A stretch of 45,297 nt of DNA, counting the filler, from Catajapyx aquilonaris (taxonomy: Eukaryota): assembly GCA_000934665.2 (NCBI GenBank). It is 2 parts of 2 records of this genome, joined end to end, with 100 filler letters (N's around TTAATTAATTAA, not from the genome) between each part and the next. Parts side by side here need not be neighbours in the genome. Positions count along the whole stretch, not along the records: positions 22,724 to 45,297 come from KZ539425.1; 1 more part is not named here. One strand, 5' to 3'. Positions 24,846-38,174 of this stretch are shown here, piece by piece. Both the position numbers and the translations under genes were made by a program. Under the pieces are notes generated by a model that was not told where the DNA came from, ran no database searches, and worked only from the letters and a program-made list of their open reading frames with translations. How positions within the stretch are numbered: the stretch's first letter is position 1; each line of letters begins with the position of its first letter.

Positions 24846-26398
24846 AGGAAATGCCCTTATGCCACAATGCCTAGCAAATTAAACCATCTCCGTAAATTCA
24901 GTGCATCCACCAATTACGCTAATTGGCCACCTCAAGTGACTTCGTATCTTATGGTAATTCCGGAATTATGTGGGATTTGAAAGTAGACTTCCAGACAAAG
25001 TGAATGCAATTAAATAATACAGTATTTGCAAAATATTACTCCGTGTTGAAAATAAAATTTCCCATCCTACATCTGTACGTACATTTCTAAAGTTCTTCAG
25101 AGCAAACATAATTATGGAACGAGGTGGGGGTGTGAAGTGGGGTTGGGGGGGGGGGGGGGGNCAAGGGATCAAAAATGCAGGGGAAAAAACACATGGCTGT
25201 GCATTCTTTTCTTGGGCCTACTCCATCCGCATTCCTCCTTTTACACATCCAATCAGAATATCCGTGTCGACAAGCAGGTAATCTATCACAGATATGTATA
25301 CCCCTATTTTTACCAGCACCCCAACATACCCGGGCAAGGCCGGGTAACCTGCTAGTGTATAATGTAGCAGAACTCTTTGGGTTAGTCGCAATGGTGACAA
25401 TCAACAACAATCAATCATTGTTCAATGTTGCCACGGTTACCATGGTGACTAGTTGCCATGTAATATGTCGTTTCATCAATATATGGATTCAATAAAATAC
25501 AGTTCAACGTAGCATACAAAATCCCCACACATACTTCACTTGTCCAAATGTGGGTGCCCCAGAAGGTGGTTGTGTTCCCCAGAAGGGACAGCAGATTTCA
25601 GCACTACTCTCAGACAAGGAAAGTAAAAAATATGCCTATATTTACACATCGACATCATCATTCATAAGGTTTTAAATATTACAAACAATAAATAACTCAT
25701 AATACTAATCAATATTCGAGAATTAATTACTAATCATAATCAGAACATGAAGGTGCAGCCATTTTTTCCTGAGTTAAAATTCAAACAGCTGTATCTTAAA
25801 AAGCTGATACAACACTGAGCAAGTTTGAAGTTGCATCATTAGCTGTGACTCGACTGAAGAACCCATGACTATACTGCCAGGTCTTTAGCAACAGAAGAAC
25901 TGGCACAAAAAAATTAAAATGTAACAACTGTGCAGGTGTGCCCTATCGGGGACGCTCGGCATATCTGGGTTAATGTGAATTGATGTAATTTGAAGCAATG
26001 AAAATTGGTTACACTACTTCTGTAGGTACAGACCCTGGTAAAATGCATCAAGGAAAAAAGAATCGGGGCCTACCTGTAGTACACCGGAGATGGGTTGTTC
26101 TCTGCAATGACTCAACATGAGTTAAACCCAATTAACCACCGAAGAGAACAGTATATTAACCCTTTGGAATTTAGCATGTACCACATGTGAAAAGGATTTA
26201 TGCATTCTGCATGGTCATGCAGGTCAATTCCAGGCGTAATTTGACATGTTTAACTTGTGTCATATTACACCTGGAATTTACCCTCGGATTTTGAGGGTTC
26301 TTGTTGGGTAGGTTGGTGCAAATTGACTCTTACTGCACCTCAGAGACACAAGGAAGTTATGTCAATTTAAATGGCTTGATGTACTACTTTCATTGCAG

Positions 26399-29300
26399 AT
26401 GGAAGGTCAAGGGAGGGCAAGAGGTAGGGCCAGGGGCCGCACGCAGGCTCAGGCCATGGGGGAAGGGGTGGCCAGGCCAGGCAGTGAACTGGTGGCATCA
26501 GGATCCCAGACGCGCCCCCCGGTTGGAGGCGGAAGGGCCGTGGCTGCAGGGGAGAGACCTCCTGCTCCGGGAAGGTCCCAGGCACCACCAGTCCCGCAGG
26601 AGGCAGCTGCCCAGCCAGAGAGGGTCGTGACCGCTGGTGCCGCCAGCTTGCAGAAGGAGTTGGCCGCAATGGCCATCCAGGAGGGTGAGCCACTTCATTT
26701 GCTAGCGTTGCTTTTGTAGTCCTCTTCAAGTTCTCCAACTACTAGGTGCATTGATCTCCCACATGTTGCATGTTGATCAGCTGGCATGATTATGCTTTTT
26801 CAGGATGTGGCAAGGAGGTGCTGGTGGGCAGGGGAGGCGCCAGGGAGAATAGGGATCGCAGAGATGAACATGTTCGCACCCGCCCAGACCACGTCAGCAG
26901 CAAGCAGGGCAGCACAGGCAGGGTCGTCAAGCTGATGGCCAATTACTTTGAAGTGGTCAAGCGTCCGGAGTGGACCCTGGTTCAATATCGGGTGGACTTC
27001 ACCCCAGAAGAAGACCGCACATCTGTCCGGAAGGGGATGCTGCGTTCATGCAAAAACAAATTGGGGGGAGACTACATTTTTGACGGAACTGTCCTGTACA
27101 TGAATCGCCGCCTCCCAGGGGATCGCCTGAACACCTGCTGCGAACGTGGGACCGACCAGGAGAAGATACAAGTGACTGTCCGCATGGTGGGGGAATTGCA
27201 ACCGTCAGATCACATGTACCTCCAGGTGTTCAACATCCTGCTGAGGCGCACCATGGGGCACTTGAAGCTGGAGATGATAAATCGCCACTTCTACGACCGC
27301 CATGCAAGCATCAAGATCCCCAAATTTAACCTGGAGCTTTGGCCTGGGTACATCACCTCCATTCGGCAGCACGAACACCGTCTGCTGCTGTGCACCGAGA
27401 TACACCACAAGGTCCTCAGGCAGGACACTGTGTTGCAGCAGCTGTACGTGTTCCATGGACAGGACGAGAAGAACTATCAGAAGCTTGCAGCGGAGGCCTT
27501 GCTCGGCTCCATGGTGATGACCCGGTATAATTCCAAGACCTACAGGATTGATGACATTGACTGGGAGAAGTCCCCAGGGGAGGTGTTTCCATGGCGCGAT
27601 GGAGGGGACATCTCTTATGTGGAGTATTACAAGCAGCGCTACGGAGAGGTGGTGAAGGACATGAGCCAGCCTCTGCTGGTCTCCCGACCCCGCAAGACGG
27701 ACGTCCACCGGGGCCAGGTGGAGTCGCTGTACCTGGTTCCAGAGCTGTGCTCCATGATGGGGCTGGACCAGTCCATGCGGGAGAACTTCCAGCTGATGAA
27801 GGCCATGGGGCAGCACACCAACCCGGCCCCTGACAAGAAGGTGCAGGTCCTTCAGCGATTCATGAACCGCATCCAGAGCGAGCCCAAGTGCGTGGAGGAG
27901 CTGGGAGGCTTCGACCTGAACTTCGGGAGCAGGCTGGTGGAGCTGGACGGCCGGGTTCTGCACCCAGAACTGATTGTCCTGTGTAAAAACAAGGGCACCT
28001 GTGGGGGGCCGCAGGCCGACTGGACCAGGGACCTCCGCAGTAGTCCTATGCTGAAGGTAAGGGAACGCATTGCCCCCTTTGCCATTATCAGGAGATGCAA
28101 TTGCACTGGATAACATTTCCCAAAATAATGCATGTTGATGTCAGTTGGGGGTTTATGTAGCTAATGCAAAGTAATGGACAGTGATGCAGGTTCAAGTGGG
28201 TTGTGCGTCCCAAAAATGCATGCATCCAATGCAGAGTTGGTCATGAAGGTGTTGGTGTGCATCATTAGGCGTTGAATAGGCATGGAAATTCCCTTCCCCT
28301 GTAGAGGTACTGATCAACTCTCCATCCCCAGGTCGTTCCCCTGGCCAACTGGGCTGTGATTGTCCCGGAGCGTTACCGAGCGGACCTGCCCGCATTCGTC
28401 CAGACCGTGCACCAGGCCGGGGCAGGCATGTCCTTCTCAATGGCGGAGCCGCACGTGGTGTCCCTGAAGGAGATTCAGCCCCAGCACTACGTGAAGGCCA
28501 TCGACGAAGCAACGTGGCCCCACAGATACTGATGATAATCCTTGGCTCCAACCGCAAGGACATGTATGGGGCCGTAAAGAAGCGCTGCTACGTGGAGAGG
28601 GGCATGGCGTCTCAGGTGGTGGTGGCCCGCAACCTGAAGTCCAAGGGACTCATGTCCATCGCCACCAAGATCGCAATCCAGATGAATTGCAAGCTGGGAG
28701 GGGAGCCCTGGTCCGGAGACATCCCCTTAAAAAATTGCATGATGGTGGGCTTCGACGTGTACCACAACACAGCGCAGAAGGGGACGTCGGTGGGGGCACT
28801 GGTGGCCTCCATGAATCCCGTGTACACCCGCTACTTCAGCACCGTGGCCATACATAGCCATCAGGAGGAGCTGTCCAACTTCATCGCCACCAACATGGTG
28901 CAGGCCTTGCACAAGTGCAAGGAGACAATGGGCAAGCTGCCGTCGCATATCATTCTGTACTGTGATGGAGTTGGTGAGGGCCAGGTGAGCCAGTGGTTTT
29001 TCACAGTAACTATGGGAGGGGACCTGCCACTTTCCTCACTGCAAGTGCTGACCTTGAAGTAGACAATGTCTTTCATGATTGTTGTGTTTTCATTGGAAGT
29101 TGTTCCTGGTAGCATCAGATGGGCAGTTAGTTTCCAAGTGCCGACCTGTGTTTAAAAGCGTGTCCTTTGCCTTTGCAGGTTGGCTACGTGAAGGATCACG
29201 AGTTGTCCCAGATCCAGGAGTCCCTGGCCAAGATCTACAGCCCAAACGCCTACAAATTTGCGTTCATCATCGTGAACAAGCGGCTGAACACCCGCATCAT

Positions 29301-29631
29301 GACCGCCCAGCAGGGGAACCCCAGCCCTGGGACCATTGTGGACGACATCATCACTCTTCCGGAGAGGTACGACTTCTACCTGATCTCCCAGACGGTGCGG
29401 CAGGGGACGGTCTCGCCCACCAGCTACTCCATCATCTTCGACACGCTAAATCTGGAGCCGGACAAAGTGCAGCGGCTTACCCACAAAATGTGCCACCTGT
29501 ACTTCAACTGGAGTGGCACCGTCCGCGTGCCTGCCCCCTGCCTGTACGCCCACAAGCTGGCCTACCTCGTTGGGGAGTACATACACACCGATGTTCACTC
29601 CAATATGTCAGACACGCTCTTTTTCTTGTAG
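26399..29631 (+). CDS. piwi: Piwi/Aubergine-clade PIWI protein, exons 26399-26684, 26804-28056, 28332-28984, 29179-29631; one frameshift near 28505-28515 (young pseudogene or assembly error)
   Basis: N-terminus MEGQGRARGRARGR (RG/RA motif), KLMANYF, PAZ (TRYNSKTYRIDDIDW...YYKQRY...LYLVPELC), MID (SQVV...SIATKIAIQMNCKLGG), PIWI (GFDVYH, HQEEL, CDGVGEGQ, DFYLISQTVRQGTVSPT, CHLYFNW, YAHKLA, terminal LFFL*). Splice sites are canonical and phase-consistent. Summed exon length is 2645 nt, not a multiple of 3. Confidence 0.95.
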
Positions 29632-30380
29632 TCGCGTTTGCTGCTGTCCGAGGCAAGTGGATGGGATTTAAAAGTGTCCGTTCCGTTTTTAATAGGCTCA
29701 TTTTAAAGGAAGTGGGTTGAGCCATTTATTTTATTTGTGTTTCGTTTTTTTAATTTTTTAAAATGATCCCCGTCCATCTTGACTGCTTTTAAAAAAACTT
29801 TTCATTGTAAGTTAATCCCTTTTTCATGCGTAGTTTGAACTTGTTTAGTTGCCTTCATGTGATGCATTTTGTTGGGGGGGGGGGGTCACCAGCCTTGCCA
29901 CCCCATTATGTTGGGAGTCTTCATTTTTGTTCTTAAAAAAAAGAAAAAGAAAAAAAAGGAATTGATTTATTTTGAAGGACTGTCAATAAAAACTTAAATC
30001 ATGATTACCTATTGTGTGGAGTCGTTTTGTTGACATCAGCTGCCGTCCACCCTCATCCTTTATTTTTGGGTGTGGGTCCATATCCCCACAGCAGCAGTTC
30101 CAGACGTCACCAATGCAGCTGTGAGGAGGGCAACAATGGAGCTTGTGACACCACTGCCATGAGTGATGAGCAACAAATATGCAGTCTGCCAACAATCCCC
30201 TGGTTGCAATTCAGTGACACTTCCCAGCAGCGAGGGCTCTCTGGATCCAGTGAAAATGCATGACATTGATTTATGAGACATCCGGTACATTTAAATACAG
30301 TTAAAATACAGTAGTATCGATCATAGCTACGATTTCGGAATTGTATCGACATGTGCTATTGGCAATTCTGTGATTCCAAC

Positions 30381-32065
30381 ATGGCCGCCGCCACCACGAG
30401 GGTGAATCCGATGCTCTCCCGTCTTTTAAAAGTGTTCTTCAGGCCACCTGGGCGGCCCTCGACCCTGGGCGGCCCAGGGGCAGCAAGCCGGAGCATCTCC
30501 TCGGCAGGTACATCAATAAACACAACCCCACATCTGGCTGAATCAGGCTGGAATGACCTTGTAAACCACACTTGTTCATTACCATGCCAGTTGATCCTCA
30601 CAGTTTATTAATCACATTTTAATTATATTAATATTCATATCCTTATATACAAATAGTTGTGGGCACGTCTCTGCCATATTTAGTCCAAATATGATGGTCT
30701 GGTTGATTCTAACTTACTATTTATTATTATACCGTACTTTACTATGTATGTTATTTTATTTTATTTTATTTATTTTACTTATTATTTGGTACTAACACTT
30801 ATAACATGTTTCAGGCAGCGAGTTTGTAACATTTGAGAGCCGCAGGAGTAAGCGTCGTGAGGAAGCCGAGAGATCTATTCTGGTCCAGGTCGCATCGTCC
30901 AAGTCGGCAGGTGACCTTCTCAACTTATGCTTGGAGTTCGGGGCGGTCCAGCGAGTATTCCACTACTGGCTCGGAGACGGAAAGGGTCGTACCGTAAGTC
31001 TGTACGCTGTGAGACACATTTGACATTTAAAATATGTATTGTAATTTATCGCAGGATTTCCTACTATTGCAATTCGAGAGTCAGTCGCAGAGGAAGGAAC
31101 TTATCCGGAAGACATCGTTGTGGGGGTGCCTATCACATCGCCATTTATGTGGTTCAGAGCCAAAGGGAAAAAGAAGAGCACGAACCGATCCGTAACGACC
31201 ATACCCATTGAGACTCAATCGCAAGTTAGCGATTCAGAGCTGCGAAGTCGGCTTACGAAAGCTCAAAGCGTAAGTACGTCACAACGTACAATTTGCAGAA
31301 CGGATATTAATTGAACTTTTCAGAGTGAAGAACAGATGGTTGAGCTTCATCGTAGCGTACGACTCGATGGTCTCGGAAGTCGGCTTCGATTTTTGGCTGC
31401 CCATCGGGTTGAAATGGCCCTCAGTGGCATGTTTCAGGATATACGTGTCCTGCCATTTGGGTCGTCAATCAACAGCTTCGGAATGCTCAACTGCGACTTG
31501 GATGGGGTTATGGAGCTTCAAAGGGAAGATGATGTTAGTACCATTTATTAATGAGGATAAAGCTGCAATATCAACTTATGTCAATTATCGTAGCAATGTC
31601 CCGCTGGTGTTCCAAGCCAAGTCGTCTTTATCCAACCGGCGTATCCAGAAGCAAAGGCATCTGGAAGTCGTGGGCGACGTCCTCCAGCAGTTCATCCCAG
31701 GTTGCACTCAAGTCAAGTGGATTCTCCAGGCGCGAGTCCCGATCCAAAAATACTTGCAGGAAATGACCGCCATCGAGATTGACCTCTCAATATCTAACAT
31801 GTAAGCTTCGATTTACATTTAAGTACAATATGTAAATGAAAATATTTGCAGGTCTGGCGTGTACATGTCCGAACGGCTGTACATGTACGGCGAGATGGAT
31901 AAGCGAGTGAGGCCTTGAGTGTTTGCGTTGCGACGGTGAGCACGATTCTGCCATGTGACCAGCAAAGTACCGGGGAAGTGGATCACAAACTTTTCGCTGA
32001 CTTTGCTCGTCGTATTTTTCCTGCAGACAAGACCTGTGCCGGTGTTGCCGTCTGTAAACACGCAG
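30381..32065 (+). pseudogene. MTPAP: Mitochondrial poly(A) polymerase, decayed and 3'-truncated. Exons approx. 30381-30507, 30815-30993, 31055-31269, 31324-31533, 31594-31800, 31852-32065
   Basis: Arg/Ser/Ala-rich presequence-like exon 1; RREEAERSILVQV (RL domain); VPITSPFMWFRA; nucleotidyltransferase motif PFGSSINSFG..CDLD; ARVPI; EIDLS; DKRVRP..F..R..A; ITNFSLTLLVVFFLQ. Lesions: frameshift near 31105-31120, phase mismatch near 31594-31600, in-frame TGA at 31916 and 31937. No C-terminal PAP-associated exons seen. Confidence 0.88.
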
Positions 32066-33040
32066 GTGAGTTTGAAGAAAAAGCAAGCACTCCCATCACA
32101 CTAACTTATAACAGTTATAAGTGCCCACAATATTGAACCCCTCCCTCAAAGAAGGGTATATGTTGCAAAATTGCCGAAATTGAACTGGCCAGTGACAAAG
32201 GTAGTGTCCCTTCCTCTCCATCGTATGATCCTGGGTCCGTCTGTGGCAATTTCGCTCATCACAGCAGAGCTCGAAATGTAGCTTGTCCCATAAGAAGGTT
32301 GGTTCTTCCGTCCCGTTTTTTGCATTTTTCTCTAAACTTCACATTTGTTACATACACCCTTCTTGGAGGGTTCGATTACTATTTTCAGGTAACAGGTCGG
32401 AGTGGGAGTACAAAATGTCTTGACATATTTGAAAATGGGTACACGACAAAAAAAATAAAAGAAGGGAACCACTGACATAGATGAATGCATCCACATGATT
32501 TGGACATGTTTCTTCTTGTTTTTTTTTTTGCAATTTATGATGGAGCAAAATATAAAAATTTGCTGGTTACATGGCTTGTAGCCAATTTTGGACATGTCTT
32601 ATGGAAATAAATTTAAATTATTTGTGCATATTTACAGGTGGTAATCCCAACCTCCTTTTTCCCCCATCATGAACCCCAAGGCTTTATTTTATGTTATACT
32701 CCCTTTCAAACATTTTTGCCAAGTATGTTGAAATCTTCCATTTATGCACGTTAGGAGTGATTGGCAATATTGAAGTCTTATTTTGTTACAGATGGTTACC
32801 ATAGAAATATTTGTTTATAAATCGCCAGTCTTAGCCATCCTATTTAGCCTAACTCCAAATTTTTGCTCGATTCACACATCCTCAAGTACATGTTCCAATG
32901 GCTTCACCCATGTTGTTTCCAGCTCATGAACTGCACAAGATGCTAAGAGCTCTCACAGCATGCAGGGTAATGTATCACCTAAGATATTCTTAAGTCCCAT
33001 CAGGAATTTATTTTCATTAACAAGAATCTCCAATTTGCAG

Positions 33041-36000
33041 CTATTCATTTCCCGAGATAGCTATGCCTTCAATGTGCTCAACGGTGAACAACCCGATGCC
33101 TCATACCGGTGTTCCTGTTTGATAGAGATATTGGTGAATGAGGAACTAGCCTACACCATCCTGAAAAAATCTGCCACCAAATTCTACGTTAAGTTGAAAC
33201 AATTCAGGCGAGAGCGACTAGGGTGTGATAGGAACGTTGAGCGGTTCTATTATTATAATATGAACCAAATACCTGTCCTGAAACAAGAGGCAAGTGAAGT
33301 CTACAAGACTGCCACACTATGATAACACTAAACTCTGTGTTCCAGAAAATTGATGAAATCACCATTCGCACAATCATGAATGGGATTAAGACCATTCTAC
33401 CTGTCATTACTACCTTGATACACAGTGTGCAAACCGTGCGAGATGCGATAAAGAGCGACATTCAGGCTGCGCATTTACAATTCTTCAGGCTGTTCAAACA
33501 TCACCTCCTAATGAAAGTGCAGGGCGAGCTGGGAGATTGGACATTCAAAATACTTCCAACTCTCAAAGGATCTCCCAAATGTCATCAGGTAAGTTGGAAT
33601 GGAAGCATAGTGTGGTGATGTTACAAGTGGTTGATTAAAAAGAGCTGGAGTGTGAACAGTGGTGTGGTAAAATAATATATATGTTTAAAAAAACAAAAAC
33701 ATGGATGAACATGCTGTGTCCATGCGCTGTGTACATTTCGCTTTTTCACCATTACAAAACAAGAGTCTATGCAACTAAAGCGGACAACTCAAATAATGAC
33801 GTGTCCTCCATCACCCCTGACATGCTGGAGAACACCTCAGGGTGGGCGATTTTTGGCTTAAAATTGTGTTTTCTACTAAAGGGGCACATGTGGAAGGGTA
33901 CCGATTTTTTTACATAAACTTGATGAGTGTCCCTTCTCATTTGTACAATTTCAACACCATCGTCCAGTAACTTGCATAGTGATATCATGTTGAAACTAGG
34001 GAGGTTCATTGCGCACACCCTGTATATCATTAGACAACAAAGACCATGGTTGAACAGGTGATCCATGCACGTGATAAAACCACATGTAACATAGAGTATA
34101 TAGGGAAGTACCTGTTTTACTCTGCTTCATTTTATACCATTTCACATTAACACCAGTTTGAAAATTATGGTATTTTTTTAAATATTAAATTGGAAAATTG
34201 CGAAAAATGTGAACATAACAAAGCAATCTAAACATAAGTGCATTGCTGCAACCCTTCTGAGTCCAAATGCACTGCAGTAGTGGCGCTTATTTTGTGTTTC
34301 GTGGTGCATTGTGGCAGGCTGTATAACTCTGCACTCCCCGAAGCACCGTACCTATTATTACAATACTGGTACCCTACGTATACTGCAGTCCTTGCCAAAC
34401 AAGGAAAGGAACCATCAGAACCCCATAACCCTCAACCTGGAACCTCACATTAAACATGTGCATTAAATTTTTCAAATACTCAACATTAAAAACAGCAATA
34501 TTGGTACCATCTGTGGAAATTTTGGAACCTATCTCATTCACTTATATTATAATTCTGTCTCGTTTTACACCAATTCATTGTACGGCGCTATGTTGCTGGA
34601 ACCAATTAATGGCGTAAAACAGGTACTTCACTGACAAACAAGTGATGTCTGTGCTCGAGCATATACATAATTTCATATGTTAAGATTGTGAAATCTGATA
34701 CTGCATATTCATGCTGAAGCAGAAGCATTATTAATTTTTAAGCTAATTTGTTGGAGTTCTTTAACATGGATCATTTTCATAACAATTGCCTCGACATTTG
34801 CAATGATTCAGCAGTAGGTTACCTGGCACTCATGACATGCCTACTTTGCTGCTCGATCAGGCTGAATCAGCCCAAACTGGCCCATTTGGGTTAGTGTGGG
34901 TGAATGGTGGGTCTGGCCTGAGCTGGTTCTTAGCAGAACATACCTCCATGTATGAGATTCAGTATGATGACATATTTCTCGCAATATGCAGCAGTGGGTG
35001 TAAGCAGGGCCGTATTAAGGCCTATGTGGGCCCCTACGATGCTATCTTCCAACCTGTGTTTCCCTCCCCCCAGAGCTTATTGTAAGGAAGTTGGAGAACG
35101 GCACAAAAGGCATGTTAAACTTGTAGTTATATGGAAAAGGTGAAATAAACCCGCCCCATGCGAAATTTTTTGGTGGGTTCAAGGTCACACAAGCTTAGGT
35201 GAATGTAACTGACAAAGTAGGCTACAGTGGAATCCTCCTGTACTGTCAACACATCGGATACAAGCAAATACTGCATAGAAAGGTCGGTTCCTTTCATATT
35301 TCCAGCAGTACCATCAGGTACCATAAAAATTAGCTGTTCAGAGGTTAATGAAGTCAAATTTCTTTCAAATATTTAGTTTGAAAGGAGCTCTCACCAGATA
35401 AGCAACGTTATGGTTAACAAACGGTATTGATGGTCATAATTCATGTTCTTTATTGACATAGCTTTAACATAACTCGGAGAATGTGATTTTCCCCCAGTAT
35501 CTTGAACTTTTCATTGCACGTGAGAATTTGTGTGTGTGTGGGGGGGGGGGGGGGGCNNNNNNNNNNNNNGGGGGGGGGGGGGCGCTCAAAAGTTTCAATG
35601 GCGGGCTTAGCCAGCTATTATTACTTATAATTAATTTTTCGGGTCACCTGTGCTACTTACAGCCAATGATTGCAGGGGTCGAAATTTAAAAATTTTCTCC
35701 AGATGCAGAGTTTGCACTCCAGACTAATCTGGAGTGCCTTAGATGAATCTGGAGCAGAGCCAATTGGAGTGCAAACTTCGCACTCCAAGGCTCAGTTTGG
35801 AGTGCAGATGACAGTTTTGGAGTGAAAATAATTGCACCTTTGCATCCGAATATTTCGACCCCGGCGATTATTTACCTGTTGGGAGGGGTCCCGGAGCAGA
35901 GGGGCCCTGTTGAGCCTGCGACATCTTTATAAAAAAATAACAAATTTCGATTGTTATGAAATTAATGCGTGTTTTCGATGTTTATTACCAATTACCTGAA

Positions 36001-36846
36001 AAATTATAAGTGTATGTGCAGTATGACTGCTAAAGCAGTGCTGGGGCCCCATATGTTCAATTGTAAAAGTAGCAGACCAGCCCCCCCCCCACCCCCCCCA
36101 TTGCCCCCATTGGAGGGGCCCAGCAACCTGTACACGCCGGCTCTGTGTATTGATGTATACAATACAGTACCGGTATATCGGGCCCCTGCGAGGCCCATAA
36201 ATTTCGTTGGGTCCAGGGCTCGTGCCCCGGTAGGCCCCTTCGGTAATACAGCCCTGGGTGTAAGCATACACAGGTATACACCATGTGACTACACCTCTAT
36301 GTGTGGATATGAACATACCGTACTTATTGCGGAAATACGTACTGTACGGTATAACATGGCTAAAATGTGTTATAACCTGTTTTGTCTGGACTAGTTTATT
36401 TGCGATTGGGATCGCATCTTTAAAGCTGTACAAAATAGGCCTCATAGCCAAATGCGGAATCCTAACTCACTATTCACTTTCCTTCTCATTCACTGGCATT
36501 GTGACCACAGAAGATGAGGTATGCCGACCTTGTAGAGGCAATGAAGACACTCAAATCCTGGGAGATGGAAGGTGAAGAGTTTCACAATAACTGGATCAGC
36601 ATTAAAAAGCCATTTCTCAAGGTATCTGCCAATAAGTGGCTGGACCAGTGGCAGAAAAGCAACATGATCCAAGAACATCATGAGACCTACATCAAGAAAT
36701 GTAAAAGGTGCCAGCAGGTATGCGAAGAATACACAGACGTTCTTGACAAAGTCTTGGAAATTGGCGCTGCCAAGTTATCAGCACTTTCCAAGGAAGGAGA
36801 ACACTTCATAAAAGGCGAGGTTGTCCAAGTCCTTCGCGGAACAATG
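33041..36846 (+). CDS. Three open, phase-0 exons of an unrecognised protein (33041-33289, 33346-33588, 36511-36846; about 276 aa), no start or stop defined
   Basis: Acceptors ttgcag|, ttccag|, ccacag|; donors GAG|gcaagt (GC-AG), CAG|gtaagt, ATG|gtagga. The exons join in frame without stops and have protein-like composition. No family recognised. Confidence 0.5.
34105..34629. mobile_element. MITE
   Basis: TIR GAAGTACCTGTTTTAC / GTAAAACAGGTACTTC. Confidence 0.6.
35005..36256. mobile_element. hAT-type non-autonomous element, with a nested small MITE near 35674-35863
   Basis: CAGGGCCGTATT...AATACAGCCCTG with an exact 8-bp TSD GGTGTAAG (34997-35004, 36257-36264) and GGGCCCC subterminal motifs. 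Confidence 0.85.
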
Positions 36847-37477
36847 GTAGGAGTCATGTACTTGAGATGCACTTACACTATAGTGAAACCTCAATTCAAT
36901 GTTTTTGTCAGGACCCCTCAAAGGAAAGTATGGATTGGGGAAAACAAAAAATGCGGGAGCCTATACCACATAAGATTTGTTCTGAGATCCTAAGAATTGA
37001 ATGATGGATCTGGAAACTATCAGTCGAGGTTTAACTACTTTTCTAAAATATCTAGTCACGTCAATTGGCACCAGAATTGAGAAAACACTGTTTTCTATTA
37101 AAATTTATGGCATACTGTATAACACGACAGCCTTATTCAAGTACTATAACTGGGTAACAATAAATACTGATTTCAATGACTCAATGAGCATGGTAAAAGA
37201 AAAAGCACCTCCAGTTCAAAAAGACCCCAACTCAGTGGAAACAGCCAGTTTGCACTTTTTATTATTGCATGTGTACGTAGATGGACAAAATCATTTCTTG
37301 TCGCCCACTGATGAAGAGAATAACTTATATTTTATACATACAGAAATAATATTAAAACTACAATTCACCAATTAACTAATTGTTATTAAGAAATAATGAG
37401 ATATCTGCTGGGTGCAGGAACTATGCGTTTGGCATATATATGTCTGGTTCAGGAATATGTGCAACAATGTTTTCATG

Positions 37478-38115
37478 TTAAACTGTTAAGGAGACTGTTA
37501 AAGATAAGGTGTGTAGTAGGTCTACTCTAAGGTGGTTTGGCCATGTGGAGAGGATGAAGGAGGAGGAGATTGTGAAGAAGGTTTATTTGGGTGGAGTAGT
37601 TGGTAAGAGGGGCAAGGGTAGGCCTAGGAAGACATGGTTGGACCAGGTGGGTCAGTGTCTTAAGGGTGTTGCTAGTGTTAAGCCGAGACGTTCATGTGTC
37701 AATAGGACCATGGACGTGGCTGAGGCTAGGGTTGTTTGTTTGGATAGGTGTAAATGGTGTAGGTTAATTAATGGGTAAATAGGTTTGAGGATAAGGCTTC
37801 CTTCACTCCGGCAAGTAGAGGGGACGTCCTTGGCGGGGTCGATGAGGTGCAAGGGTGGTGCCATACACGTCGCGTGGCCAGGGCGTCCGGAGTAGTGGCT
37901 GGTGGCCAAGGGGGTTGATTTGGTGAAGTACCGTATTGCATAGTGTAATATTTAAATTTAATATTCAGTGTCTGTCATCTGAGATGGGCAGGTGTGGGGA
38001 GTGGGACGGGTTGTTTATAGGTTTATTTTCACAAGTTTTATTTTAGTTCATATGTTGGGTTAGCTTGCGTCTCCCTTCATCACTGACTACCCCTCATAGG
38101 GAAATGTCGTGATGT

Positions 38116-38174
<59 letters not shown>
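37478..38174 (+). mobile_element. 5'-truncated RTE(BovB-like) LINE 3' fragment
   Basis: LRWFGHVERM...VKKVY...GKRGKGRPRKTWLDQV C-terminus, 3' UTR, (GAT)n tail, TSD GTTTTCATG at 37469-37477 and 38175-38183. Confidence 0.88.

Noticed and set aside
27205..28116. 303-aa antisense ORF to piwi
   Set aside because: Expected shadow ORF of a GC3-rich coding exon.
30315..30350. DRE-like TATCGAT/TATCGAC motifs upstream of the MTPAP ATG
   Set aside because: Imperfect matches to TATCGATA; too short to call without TSS data.
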